Notes under the pieces: generated by a model | The model's database searches: none | The model's input: the letters and a program-made list of their open reading frames with translations, nothing else | Told to the model about the DNA's origin: nothing | Made by a program: the position numbers and the translations under genes | In this document: positions 1 through 13,147 of the stretch, piece after piece | Layout of the letters: each line of letters begins with the position of its first letter | How positions within the stretch are numbered: position 1 is the stretch's first letter | Assembly: GCF_001194135.2 (NCBI RefSeq) | Contig: NC_068984.1 | Location: forward strand, 83,629,526-83,693,525 | Length of the DNA: 64,000 bases | Direction: 5' to 3' | From: Octopus bimaculoides | Lineage: Eukaryota

Positions 1-46
<46 letters not shown>

Positions 47-87
47 TTTATACATACATATATGTTCGTACATATATATGCATATAT

Positions 88-334
88 GGGTACAGGACGT
101 CAGAAAACGTAAACAACATGAAATACGAAGACAAAAATGTATGCGAACAACGAGAGAAACAAATGGAAAGCAAGACAAGTAACATAAAGAACGATCCTTC
201 ATCAGTTGTCGGTTGTTTATCTACAACTGATTCTTTATGTTACTTGTATTGTTTTCCATTTATTTCTCTCGTTGTTCGCATACCTGTTTGTCTTCGTATT
301 TCATGTTGTTTACGTTTTGTGACATCCTGTACCC
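88..334. mobile_element. Fold-back (palindromic) element with about 104-bp arms, within TA-rich repeat
   Basis: 88-191 is the reverse complement of 231-334 with about 7 mismatches. The loop holds an inner hairpin tcagttgt/acaactga and a minus-strand CTGATGAAGG. Confidence 0.85.
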
Positions 335-354
335 ATATATGCATATATATATAT

Positions 355-564
355 GCATACTTATGCATGTATGTACATATATGTATGTATATATTATATT
401 ATTATATGATTGAACGCCACACATCTATTTCCAAGTAAGTTTATATATATATATATATAAATATATATATATATATGCATACTTATGCATGTATGTACAT
501 ATATGTATGTATATATTATATTATTATATGATTGAACGCCACACATCTATTTCCAAGTAAGTTT
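355..564. repeat. Perfect 122-bp-period tandem duplication
   Basis: gcatacttatg...ccaagtaagttt occurs at 355-442 and 477-564, separated by (TA)n. Confidence 0.85.
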
Positions 565-1113
565 ATATATATATATATATAAACTATGTATATCTATATA
601 CATACACATATATATATATATACATATACATACCTATATACATATACATACATATATACATACACACACATATATATATGCATTATATGCAGATCAATAA
701 ATAAAGATCATTCCAGAATTGTAATCCAATGAGAAGAGACAACTGCCATAGATAAAGAAGACTTTGCGATTCGATCCATTGCGGCTACATTCCATATTCC
801 GATTCTGACCTTGAGCAATTGATTGACGTAATCCACAATTATTCCTTCACCAACGTTCTATAATCAATATAGTACACTGTTATTGATTTTTTAGTCTATT
901 TACTTGCTGAATGGATGTTTTAACCTAAAAATCATTGATTCATAGAGCGAACATTGTTACCGGGCAGTGATGGTACATACACAGGGAGAGACATATGAAC
1001 AGACACGTACACCAACATAGTCCTGCACGCACGTACATACACACATACACACGACACACACCATACACAAATACATACACACACACACACACGCACACAC
1101 ACGCACACACACA

Positions 1114-1983
1114 CAGGGTGCGATGGGTAAATGGCTGCCATTTTATATTTCTTATTTCACGCATGCGCATTGTTTGTTTTTGAGTTTGTCAACTGCACAG
1201 TATAGTAGGCACCGTCTATGAGAAAAACAGCACCATGACGCAATTCACTCTGCCAGAAATTTGGAAACGACATGCTGTATTGTTTGGCATTCGCGCCGGA
1301 AACTCCAGTACGAACATTTCAGAGTGTTTGGGTGTCAATATGAGAGCAGTGCAATCTGAGGACATGTACCGAGAGTGATAAAAATCAAACATCCAGTCAG
1401 CATCATGTTGTCTGAGGTGATTACTAGTAATGGCTACGTTATTCCTCCATTCACCTTCTCACACAGTCTCAGACTCAATGGGGAGACCTACATCAAGTTC
1501 CTGGAAGATGTAGTGCTGTCCTGGGTGAAGAGGGTGGCTGCTGGAAGACCCTATGTCTGGTAACAGGACTCTACACCATGCCACACAAGCAGGAGAACCC
1601 AGTCATGGCTGTCAGACAATTTCTGTGACCACATCATCCCTAACATCTGGCCACCTAACTCCCCAAATTGCAACCCCCTTGATTATCATGAGTAGGGCGC
1701 AGTTGAGCGAGAGACCAACAAAACTCTTTGTAACACCTAAGATGAACCGAAGGCAAAGATTATGGCAGTATTCACCAGCTTAAACAACGAGACCGTCCAG
1801 AAGAGTTACAGGAGATTCCGAAGTCGTCTGGTTGAAGCCAATGGTGATTTTATTGAATAAATTTACTCTTTAGCATTTCAAGATATTTTTATGTAATTTT
1901 AGTAAATACATCTGTTAAAAGGATATGTCAGTGTTATTTTCATTTTTGCGTAATTTAGACAACAATATATTCACCGCACCCTG
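1114..1983 (+). mobile_element. Internally deleted Tc1/mariner transposon of maT (DD37D)-like type
   Basis: TIRs cagggtgcg(a/g)tg at 1114 and 1983, with TA after the right end. Transposase remnant ...GRPYVW*QDSTPCHTSRRTQSWL...IWPPNSPNCNPLDY. Confidence 0.8.
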
Positions 1984-2021
1984 TATATATATAATTTTAT
2001 ATTATATTATATCTATATGTA

Positions 2022-2065
<44 letters not shown>

Positions 2066-2517
2066 GTAGGCAGACAGACGGACGTTACTGGTTTATTGAT
2101 TCATAGACCTGTTAATTGATTCATCGAGTATCAAACAGTCAGGTTGTCATTAATCTAAATATAAGCGTATATAGATATGTGAGTGTATGTGTGTGAATGT
2201 ATATATGATTTTACAAATGGAATAAAATGAACTCAATACATGAAGTAGAGAATATATATCGTTGCTATTATGCAAAAGTGTCGTAAGTCCAAAGCGTTGC
2301 TTTTTCAGAAAACGAAAAAATAGCTTCCCCCATTCCATAGTAAATCTGCTGTACTACACTTTGACAATTTTTGATATCTTGGCATGTGAAGCAGCTGGAG
2401 ATACGATAGTTTAACTAAAAGAACCGGTTATTGCAAGATAAAATAAATATTGAAAGAAAAGCAATTGGCCAAATTTGGAAATACGACAGTTTAACATATA
2501 TTGTAATATAATTTAAC

Positions 2518-3217
2518 ATATGTATGTAATATAATTTTTCTGAATCTTCAGATTTTTTCAATATGTTAGCCCACTGGTTTTAAATTGATATTAATTATAT
2601 TAATATTCAATTTTTCACCCTTATTATTTAAATTTAAATAACCATGTTCTTTAACCGGCATAATTCACCGCTGAGAATTATTTTCTGCAGAATTATTTCC
2701 GGTATTTGGCGCGCCAGAACGAAGANNNNNNNNNNCCGCTGAGAATTATTTTCTGCAGAATTATTTCCGGTATTTGGCGCGCCAGAACGAAGACTTGAAA
2801 TATAACCCCAAATGTAATTGGTACAACTATATACATGTTCAATCTCATGTGGACGTCTCGTGTATAATTCTGCGTATTATATTGCCAAGACGATCATACT
2901 GAAGAGTTGCGGGCAATTACGTAAGTGGTGACAACGAAACCGGTCTATGATTAATCTTTATATTTTATATCTCTTTATTTGTCTTGCTCGCTTACGTTCT
3001 GGTGTTTGTTGAATTTTCTTGAGAACAATCTTTTCTTAGTGGTCAGATCATAGGTGGTCTACTTCTAGCAAAATGGATTCCACTTAGTGGTCATCCCTCT
3101 TATATGTATGTAATATAATTTTTCTGAATCTTCAAATTTTTTTCAATATGCTAGGCCACTGGTTTTAAATTGATATTAATCATATTAATATTCAATTTTT
3201 CACCCTTATTATTTAAA
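2518..3217. repeat. Pair of about 115-bp direct repeats (2518-2632 and 3102-3217)
   Basis: atatgtatgtaatataatttttctgaatcttca...cacccttattatttaaa occurs twice with few differences, 584 bp apart. Confidence 0.8.
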
Positions 3218-3238
3218 AATGTCACCCTTGTTATTTAA

Positions 3239-3281
<43 letters not shown>

Positions 3282-3435
3282 CAGAGTTTGCTACATGAGT
3301 TATTTAAAGTGGTAGAGCTCCAGAAAACACTTGCTAATGAAACCAAAAAGGCCAGGGTCTTAGAAAAACAAACAAACAAACAAAAGAAGGAAGAAATGCG
3401 GTTGATGTCCCGCGATTACAGTACATTAACTTGAC

Positions 3436-3519
<84 letters not shown>
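3436..3519. repeat. (GATA)n microsatellite
   Basis: Direct reading; another at about 39355-39422. Confidence 0.95.
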
Positions 3520-3520
<1 letters not shown>

Positions 3521-3633
3521 CACACATATATATATATATANNNNNNNNNNNNNNNNNNNNNNNNNNNNNNNNNNNNNNNNNNNNNNNNNNNNNNNNNNNN
3601 NNNNNNNNNNNNNNNNNNNNNNNNNNNNNNNNN

Positions 3634-3686
<53 letters not shown>

Positions 3687-4756
3687 CATTGTTATAATTT
3701 ACCAGCTGAATAACAAATCATAATAGTATTGAAAATTTCCTGCTGCCCTAGTTATATGTAATTATTAGAGTTGTAAAAGGATTGGGTAAAATAGTTTGCG
3801 ATATTCCTTCTAGCTCTCCACGTTTTGAGTTCAAATCTCGCGTCAATATAATCATACATCCCTCTGTATGTCATTAGATAAGGTACCAGTTCATTACTGA
3901 AGCCGATTCTTATGAGCAAATTAACTCTTTTTTTTTTCTTTTTTTGTAATTTCGTACTTTTATAACTAACATAGTTGTTCTGTCTGGCCTGAGGGGTTTG
4001 ACCTGGAAGGGAAATAAAATTTTAATCTCTTATTTCTCATACGTGATTTATTATGCTTGAATGTCTTGGTAATCAGACAATGGAAAGCTCGAGTGAAAAA
4101 CCATTGTTTGACTGTTCCTAGGGCATCAGTTGGGCTTAATCCGGACCTGCTTACCTGCTTATTACATGAATAATATAGAGATTAACAATGTAGCTTGAGA
4201 TTATAGAAGTGAATGGAGGGTGTCAGCAGATAACCTTGATTGTCTTGAATATGTCAATACTTTGATTACAATAAAACATGTCTAATTTCTAAAGCCAACA
4301 GATAGGTCAGTAACAACAATCACCTTCCTTGCCAAAGTGATAAACTGATTAATGTTTTCTGTTATGGTTACATAACCTGTCCATACTTGTTATCCATACT
4401 AGTGACGTATGCAATAGCTGAGTGGTAAGGAGTTATCGATAAGGAACTTGTACTTTGCTACCGGTGTTGCATCATGACCTTTAGAAACATTGATTGCTTT
4501 TGCTACTTTTTTTTGTTTTTAAGGAAACTGAAAACTCGATGACAGGCTGTCGTCGTCGCCGTTGGTGTTCATTAGAACAGCTTTAGTCTTTTTCTTCTAT
4601 TCTAATCCATTTAAATCAAGAATGTTTACAGGTTTATTAAACTGATCCCATTCTGAACCAGTACATTCTTCTACTCTATTTTAACGACCTCGGAAGTTTG
4701 AAAGGAAAAGTTGTCTTCGACGAAATTAAAACTCAGAGTATAAAGGGTTGTTACTA

Positions 4757-5991
4757 TCAGGCTGAGTAAAAAGTAAGCAACGTTTTGAAACAGGAAATTC
4801 ATCACAATATATTTCAATAATGCAAAAAATTTTATTCATCAAATTAAGTACCATTACAATCAACACATTTTTGCCAACGAGTTACGAGTTTGTTTATTCC
4901 GGTAACATAGAAATCTGGAATTCTGGAACTCTTTGAACGCACTTTCAGCAACGGTTTGATTTTTTAACTCCTCTCGCAGAAAACCATCAAAGTGCTTGAA
5001 AAAGTGGTAGTCGGTTGGAGAAAGGTCTGGGGAAGAACTTCGTAGCCAAGTTCCCTCAGCTTCTGGAGCGTCATTAGTGAAACGTGTGGTCGAGCATTGT
5101 CATGAAGAATGATTGGACCTCATCTGTTGACCAGTCTGGAACGCAGCAGTAATAGTTTTTCGTTCATTTTTGGCAATTTCATAGCAATATGTTTCTGCAA
5201 TAATGTTTTTTCCGGGTTTTAAGAAGTTATAGTGGATGAGTCCAGCAATCCACCACCAAACAGTCGCCATAATCTTCTTTTTGAAGAGCTCGGGTTTAGG
5301 GAAGGTTTTCGGTGCTTCATTTTGGTCCAACCACTGCGAAGAACGTATTTTCATTATTGTACAGAATCCGCTTTTCATCGCAAGTTACAATACGGTCGAG
5401 AAATGGATCGGTCTGGTTACAGAGAAAAAGCGACAAGCAAATTTCATATCTGTGCATTTTCTGATTTTCATTCAACTCGTGAGGTACCCATTTGTGAGCA
5501 TTTTTGATTTTCCGATCGCATACAAATGGTTGCAGGCAGTTTTCTGGCTTACTTTTTTTGCCAGTTCTCGAATGGTTTTACGTGGATCTTTCTTTGACCG
5601 TCATCGATGATAGATGGGCGTCCACTACGCTCACGATCTTCAAAGCTCAGGTCTCCACTGCGAAATCGTTTAAACCATTTTAGAGCTGACCACTCGCTGG
5701 TCATTTCCTCACCAAACGTTTCGTTGATATCACGAGCAGTTTCAGCTGCTTTACGTCCTTTTTTGAAGTTGAATAGCAAAATTGTTCGAATATCACGATT
5801 TGACAGTTCCATTTCAGATGATTGTAACAACTGTGAGAAAAATATCAATGTTAATTTATCGATGCATTTGGGCAAGTTTATGTATTATCAGACAATTGCA
5901 AAAAGATGTTTAAAAAAAATTCAAAGCTCTGCAACAATCCGGTACAAATTCTTCATGGTTCAAAATGTTGCTTACTTTGTACTCAACTTGA
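4757..5991 (-). mobile_element. Full-length (1235 bp) mariner transposon with a disrupted transposase
   Basis: 33-bp TIRs with 4 mismatches and TA on both sides. ATG at 5812: MELSNRDIRTILLFNFKKGRKAAETARDINETFG...WFKRFRSGD, then ILHDNARPH and SSPDLSPTDYHFF motifs, with frameshifts and stops. Confidence 0.93.
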
Positions 5992-7714
5992 TAAATACCA
6001 CAACACATTTTGCATGACTCTCTACCGATTCTGACAAACTAGTGCCATGATCAAGCATACTTTTGAGAAAAGGCGTTTTATCTATGACCACCTCAAAAAT
6101 TTTCACATAATGTATGTATCTCTACGTAGTAGACATGCATGTCAATTTTTAACTATTTCTCGGGAGATTGAAAAACATGAGTATGAACAACTTTAATCGA
6201 TTTTCGACTCTTATTGGTGGAGGGTCTCATCAGAAATTCCTGCAACAATTGACCAAGCGCATAGAAATGAGTAGCCATTCTGTTTATATACACATCAAAT
6301 CTAGTAACTACGGAGAATTGGAGCTACTAATTTGTATACCATTATTGTTTAACACTATATTTAATATCAGCGGCCTGTCAATGAGAAACCCAGTCTACAC
6401 AGTATCAAGACATGATGTAATATATATATAAACCTACGTAGGCGACATACAAACATGTCGATTTTACCTATTTGTCTGTAGATTGAAAAACATGAAGAAC
6501 TGCCTTAATCGATTTATGACTACATTATTCAATTTGCTCTTATTTTCTTAACACAGGAATATGGCGGGGGGATGCGGCTTTTTTTTAGGCTGTCGGAAAA
6601 TAAGTTTAGAATGCTTTTGATCATGGGCATCTGCTATTTCGAGTTCAATCTAGGGCTAAAAAAAAAAGACTGCTGCTATATGGCGACTTGATCTGCTAGA
6701 AATCGCAAGAAAATTTCATTCAAATTACACCCTTCCAATCGTTTTGAAAAGGGAGAGACACATTATACGTTATATTTATAAATATACTAAATCCGAAAGA
6801 CAAGATGTTCATAGTTAGAATGTCTTTGATTATTTGTTTGGTGTTAAGCTATATTGATTCCTTATCAACAACAATAGCAATATGGATTTATTAACTCAAT
6901 ATAAGAAATCATTATTATTGTTGTTATTTAACCCCAGGTCTTCTGTGATTAAGTAGGCATACAATGGAAAGCTTTCTAGCTGTGACAATCCCATTTTTTT
7001 TTCTATGATTGTACTGGTAGTAATGGTGGTGGTTTTAGAAACGGAAGTGACAATAATGATGGAGGTAATAGTGGTAGCTGCTGTAGTGGTTGTGGTCGGG
7101 ATAGTGGTAATGGTGGGTGTATGGCTGAGGTGGTGTTGGTGTTAGTGGTGGAGGTGGTGTTGGTTTTTATGTTTGAATACTAATGATGATGGTTGTTGTG
7201 AGTCTAGTGACAGTAGAGCTAGACTTTGTGGTTGTGATGTAAGAGACGGTGGTGATGTAGGAACTTATTTGTAGAGTATTCTAGATGTATTAGAGGTTGT
7301 AGTAATGGTGACAGTGTTGATAGTGGTAATGGAGGCGGTGGTGATGGTGGCAATGGTAACAATGGTGGTATTTCAAAATCAAGGAGAAAACCAGCTGTGG
7401 CGGCGGCAGTGATGGTGGTAAGGGTTAATGAGGTGCACAAACAAAGAAATACAACCAGAAATGGGAGGCCTTCGTTAGCACATCCAAAAAGCTCCACCAG
7501 ACTGATTTTACTAAAAACCAATTCGAACATTTGCAATAAGTTAAAAGGTAAATTCCAGCATGAACTAAGAATGTTCAAACTTTTAGTAAATAAATGATTC
7601 CTAGAGAACTTTTAAGAACCCAATCCTACCAAGACTTCCAGCTTCTCCGTCTTTCCCAACGATCAAAATAAATCTCTGTCACTTTTCTTTCTCCGACCAC
7701 CATGGCCGTACTCA

Positions 7715-8010
7715 GAGACGGATTACGTAAATACGCAGGTCTAGAGTCGGTTTTAGAGCTAGGCTACCTTCTCAACAATCTCGAGTAACTAAATATAGAT
7801 GTGGTAGTCATCAATGTAACTGGGATTTCCAAGACGCACATACTCTCACCTGTCTTCGACGGTTTTGAGGTGAAATCATTTTATGGTCGATCAGAATCGG
7901 ATGATGGAATGGCTGCGCTGATTTGGAAAAGCTTAAATATCGATGTACAGACGATTTTCCTGAACTCAGTAACGCTGGTTACGAATAATAGCAAAGGCGG
8001 TCCTGAATGA
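7715..8010 (+). mobile_element. Degraded APE-type endonuclease fragment of an L1/Tx1-like LINE
   Basis: GLRKY...LGYLLNNLE*LNIDVVVINVTG...FDGFEVKSFYG...GMAALIWKSLNIDVQTIF resembles the N-terminal part of a LINE endonuclease domain. Confidence 0.45.
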
Positions 8011-8271
8011 AACAGGGCGCTCAGCATTCTTCAAGCATTATAAGAGTTCTTATAGCATTATGCAGTACATAATCATAATCAGTAGCACTGTTATAAGCGT
8101 TAGTCACTCCACCGATACCACTTACATTGCCAAAATTTGTACTAGAGTTATAGACGTCGCTTAGTCCCCCATGTACACTAAAATTATTATATTGTTTAAT
8201 ATTGTTGTTACTTTTACTTCAGTTGTAATTATTACCATAACCATTACAACTATTCACACCAATATATCCAG

Positions 8272-9175
8272 TATTATTATTATTCAGTAGTTTTATTTTT
8301 ATAGCGTGCTTTTACTTCCCTACCGAGCGCAGTTCTGTGTGCCTTGGGTATGTGCTGTGGTTTGCTGTGATGCTCTTATGGTTACTGTATTGAAAGTGTT
8401 TTGCGTAGGATGTGTGCAGTGCCCAGTAATGCACTTTTCTGTATGTTATATATACTTGTAGGTCCTGGTGTTTTAGTTATGTATTTGTCTGAATATTTTT
8501 TTATTATACCTAAGGCACCTACTATGATAGGAATTGTTTCTGTTTTTAGATTCCACATTCGAGTTACCTCTATTTCCAGGTCTTTGTATTTTGAAAGTTT
8601 CTCCATTTCTCTTAGAGAAACGTTGTCATCTGCTGGTATTGATACATCAATTAGAAAGCACTTTTTTTCTTCATGATCTCTGACAACTATATCTGGCCTA
8701 TTGGCCTTAATTTCTCTATCTGTGTGTATTGGCATATCCCAGAGTATGGTTGCTTTCTCGTTTTCTGTGACCTTTTCTGGCGTGTGCCTATACCATCTTT
8801 TTTCTGTTGTTATTCCATAGTGTTGGCATAGCTTCCAGTGTATATAGGTCCCAACTCTGTCGTGTCTGTGAATATATTCCTTCTTAGCCAGGACTGGGCA
8901 GCCAGAGATAATATGATTTATTGTTTCTTGTCCATCGCCACATATTCTGCAGTTGCTTGTTATGTTTCTTTTCATTATATGTTTTTGGTAATTTCTGGTG
9001 GGGAGGCTTTGGTCTTGTGCTGCAATTAGATATCCTTCAGTCTCTGCTTCGAGTCCTGAGCTTCTCAACCATTGGTGGGGTTTTTATCTGTCTATTTATT
9101 TTGCATTTAGTTTAGTCCAGTATTTGCCATGAAGGGGCTTTTCTTGCCATCGTTTTATCATGGTCCATTGCTGTC
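8272..9175 (-). mobile_element. 5'-truncated R4/Dong-type non-LTR retrotransposon (CCHC plus restriction-like endonuclease)
   Basis: ORF 8382-9068 has CRICGDGQETINHIISGC, RHD, and NRPDIVV...LIDVSIP...EKLSKY motifs. The 3' UTR ends in (AAT)n. Confidence 0.92.
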
Positions 9176-10369
9176 CATTGGGGTCGATGAAATAAGTAGC
9201 AGCTGTATACTGGGGTCGATGTAATAGACTAGCTCCCTTCCCCCTCAAAACTTCAGGCCTTGTATTTATAGTATAAAGGATTATTATTATAATGATCATC
9301 ATTGTCACTACTAGTGTCATTATTGCTGTTGTATCCTCGTATCGAGTAGGTGTTGCGAAGTACATTAGCAGGTATAGCAGTAACATGCTAAATCGTTGAT
9401 GAATTCAGTCTCAGTTAAGGACGAAAAAAATGGGATGGTATAGTAACCAACAATTTATTACTATTATTCGGAGAATTCTTATTGATCATAAAACGCTTTT
9501 CGTCCAGCGTCAGCTGCTGTTCTTTGAACAGATCTTAATAGTGTCAAAGATATTCTATATTCAGTGGCTGTGAGGTTAAAAAGCTTGCTTCCACCTCTGT
9601 GATCTTAGGTTTAATTCTGTATGGTACCTTAGGCAAGTATCTCCTCAGGCTGAGAACAGCCTTAACATTGAATTTGTAAGACGGAAACTGGAGGAGTGTC
9701 AAATGTCATGACTGGCACTTGCTAACCTCCGGCATACAAACATGTTCTCTCATTATGAACGAGGTTGCTAAGTTTAAGGACATTTTTTTTTTTTTTTTTT
9801 TTTCATTTACAACCTCCTTCTACTACCCTCGTTGTTTGACAGTTCGTAGTTCCACTCATTTTTACATTTCTCAAATGTTGATAATTCTGATTAGAAATTT
9901 CATTTGTTGATAATCTGCTGGTTAATCAACGTGTCACTTCTCATTTATTTGGTGAGTTTGATAAACTGCATAACGTATTGCATAATTTTATGGACGTTGT
10001 GCATACGGCATACCGGACTGTACTTTGCTTGCATCACAATAAAAACTTTTAACGAAACAATTGTAGCAAGGCCAAATAACCCATTCGTCTATTTTTATTG
10101 CTTTTACGCCACCCTTAAGGTTTCTTTTATCGCTAAATAATTTGGAATACAATTGAAGTTTTGAATTACCTAGCAACAATGAACTTCCATTTATTGATGC
10201 ATTCATTGCTTTGATAATGGATTAACTGTCAGTTTTGCGTCATTGTGTCTGGCTAACTTCTGGCGTGTTTCACTTTGATATGCGTCGATCATTTATGAAT
10301 CCCCTCGTGATTATACATACATATATGTATATATATATATATAAATATACATGCTCATGTGCATATGTA

Positions 10370-11040
10370 TATGTGGCACTGAAAATGAATGAAATTAAGA
10401 CGGAGTATCTGATAGAGAACATTAAGAAACCAGAGAAGATTATGGACGTAGGCGGGAAGCCACTAGAGTTGGTTGAGGACATCCTGTATCTGGGAGCAAA
10501 GATTGAGACACAGAGGGTGATGTTGTTGAGAGGAAGAGCAAAGCCTGGGTGGCATGCCACAGTTTGAGATCTGTATGGAAGTCGGATCTTCGTAAAGACC
10601 TGAAGATCCGTCTCTTCGTTGCTGCAGTGGACTCTGTGCTGTTGTACGGGTCTGAGACTTGGACACTGACCAAGAAACTCACTCAGATGATAGATGGATG
10701 TTACACGAGAATGCTGAGGATGGCTCTGAACATTAATCAGTATACACTGAGGATGAAGAACTCAGAGCTGTACGAGAGCCTCCCAATAGTTGGCTCAGAA
10801 ATAACAAAGGAGACTGAGGTTAGCTGGACATGCTCACCGTCATTCATAGTTGATACTGCACACAGTGGTCCTGTAGGAGCCTCTACATGGACACACTAGA
10901 AGAGGGAGACCGAGGATGACATATGTTGATGTCCTAATGACAGACAGTGGTCTCTGGGAGACACAGGACCTGGCAGCGATCATGAGAGACAAAGACCGCT
11001 GGAGAGAACTCGTCCATGGATCTCGGGAATTTTACCCGCT
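10370..11040 (+). mobile_element. RTE-clade LINE 3' fragment
   Basis: YLGAKI...LKIRLFVAAVDSVLLYGSETWTLTKK...YTRMLRMALNI...RRGRPRMTYVD, frameshifted. Confidence 0.85.
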
Positions 11041-12270
11041 GTAGATATATAGAGAGAGAGAGAAAAGGAAGGGGAGAAAGAGACAGAGAGATAAACAGAC
11101 AGGCAGAGTCAAAGGCGGAGAGAAGGGCTGATCCATCCATAGTTAATTAAAGAGACTGATAGCAGGATAATTATATCGGTCAATCAATAGACACACAGCT
11201 AGGCAGACAGAAAGACTGACGGACAGGAAAATATATGAATGAATGTGTGTGTATATATATATATATNNNNNNNNNNNNNNNNNNNNNNNNNNNNNNNNNN
11301 NNNNNNNNNNNNNNNNNNNNNNNNNNNNNNNNNNNNNNNNNNNNNNNNNNNNNNNNNNNNNNNNNNNNNNNNNNNNNNNNNNNNNNNNNNNNNNNNNNNN
11401 NNNNNNNNNNNNNNNNNNNNNNNNNNNNNNNNNNNNNNNNNNNNNNNNNNNNNNNNNNNNNNNNNNNNNNNNNNNNNNNNNNNNNNNNNNNNNNNNNNNN
11501 NNNNNNNNNNNNNNNNNNNNNNNNNNNNNNNNNNNNNNNNNNNNNNNNNNNNNNNNNNNNNNNNNNNNNNNNNNNNNNNNNNNNNNNNNNNNNNNNNNNN
11601 NNNNNNNNNNNNNNNNNNNNNNNNNNNNNNNNNNNNNNNNNNNNNNNNNNNNNNNNNNNNNNNNNNNNNNNNNNNNNNNNNNNNNNNNNNNNNNNNNNNN
11701 NNNNNNNNNNNNNNNNNNNNNNNNNNNNNNNNNNNNNNNNNNNNNNNNNNNNNNNNNNNNNNNNNNNNNNNNNNNNNNNNNNNNNNNNNNNNNNNNNNNN
11801 NNNNNNNNNNNNNNNNNNNNNNNNNNNNNNNNNNNNNNNNNNNNNNNNNNNNATATATATCGCTTGGCTTGAGCCTTCAACTCCTTGATGAACTCATAGG
11901 AGCATCGTAGTGGCATCCGTCGTTATCTTGTACATTTTAAAACTTGGCAGAGCCTATCCTTAGCCAGGTCTGAACACAGCAGATTTCTTCCAGAAATATA
12001 GGACAGATGTAATAAATAGTTATTGAACAGTAATCTGAACTTCCGGTGTTGGATATCGGGAATAAAATCAAGGTAAGAGACGTAATTCATTATATATTAA
12101 TATTGATTCTTAAGGGTTTTCGTTATTTAGTTTGGACTGGTTACAAATGATCAACTTGAAGAACTTATTAAACTAGAGTTGTTAGAGTTTCCAAATAAAC
12201 TGACATAATAAAAGGTTAATTTACAAAGTGAAAATGTTAAAACGGTAAGCAATAAAAGTATAAAGTATAT

Positions 12271-12415
12271 AAGGCAGCGAGCTGGCAGAAACGTTAGCAC
12301 AACGAGGAAAAATGCTTATTGGTATTTTGTTTGTCTTTACGTTCTGAGTTCACATTCCGCCAAGGTCGACTGGCCTCTCCCCAAAAATTTCGGGCCTTGT
12401 GCTTAGAGTAGAAAA
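12271..12415 (+). mobile_element. tRNA-derived SINE family A, copy with central deletion
   Basis: A box tggcagaaacg, B box gagttcacattcc, and tail ggccttgtgc...gtagaaa. The central cctttcatcc...gtaccag domain is missing. Confidence 0.75.
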
Positions 12416-12620
12416 TAAAAGTATAAAGGCTTAAGAGACAATATTTATCTTTTACTTATTTCAGTCATCGGAGCGCGACCGTGCTGGCCAATGCGGCCAT
12501 ATAGAATATATTTAAGTCGAGTACTTATACAATCGGCCACTTTTCCTGAACAGTTAAATTACAGGAACGTAAACAAACCAGCACTGGTTGTCGAGCAGCA
12601 GTAGGACGTACACACACACA

Positions 12621-13030
12621 CGGCATGGCTGTGTGATAAGAAGCTTGCTTCCAAGTCACATTGATTCCGGGTTCAGTGTCCCACTGCGTAGCATCTTCGG
12701 AAAGGATTTTCTACTATAGTCTTGGGCCAACCAAAGCCTTGTGAATGGATTTGGTAGACGGAAACTGAAAGAAGCCCGACGTATGTATATATATATGTGT
12801 GTGTGTGTGTGTGTTTGCGTGTATGTGTATGTGTGTTTGTGTCTGTGTTTCCCCCCTCCACTGGTTGACAAACGGTGTTGGTGTTTACGTTCCCGTAAAC
12901 TAGCGGTTCGATTAAGGAGTCTGACAGAATAAGTACCAGGCTTTAAAAAAATTCAACTAAGATTTCTGCAAAGTTGCCCCAGAATAACCACAGTCTAATG
13001 ACTGAAACTAGTAAAAGATAAAAGATAAAT
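12621..13030 (+). mobile_element. tRNA-derived SINE family B with internal (GT)n
   Basis: Head ggcatggctgtgtg...gggttcagt, body gacggaaactgaaagaagccc, tail gactgaaactagtaaaagataaaagata. Related pieces at 9560-9720, 18815-18900 and 63150-63390. Confidence 0.8.
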
Positions 13031-13147
13031 ATATAAAAGTAAAAGATATATATATAAAGATAAAATGATATATACATGTATATACTGCAGGCTTCCATAC
13101 AGTTTCCGCACGCCAAATTTTCTCACAAAGCATTGGTCGATCTGGGG

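Noticed and set aside
118-438. 106-aa ORF
   Set aside because: It runs through the fold-back element and TA repeats and has no protein-like features.
355-564. Perfect 122-bp tandem duplication as a biological signal
   Set aside because: It is bounded by (TA)n and identical, so it cannot be told apart from misassembly without reads.
2668-2794. Identical 58-bp repeat either side of a 10-N gap
   Set aside because: Typical unmerged contig overlap; an assembly artefact.
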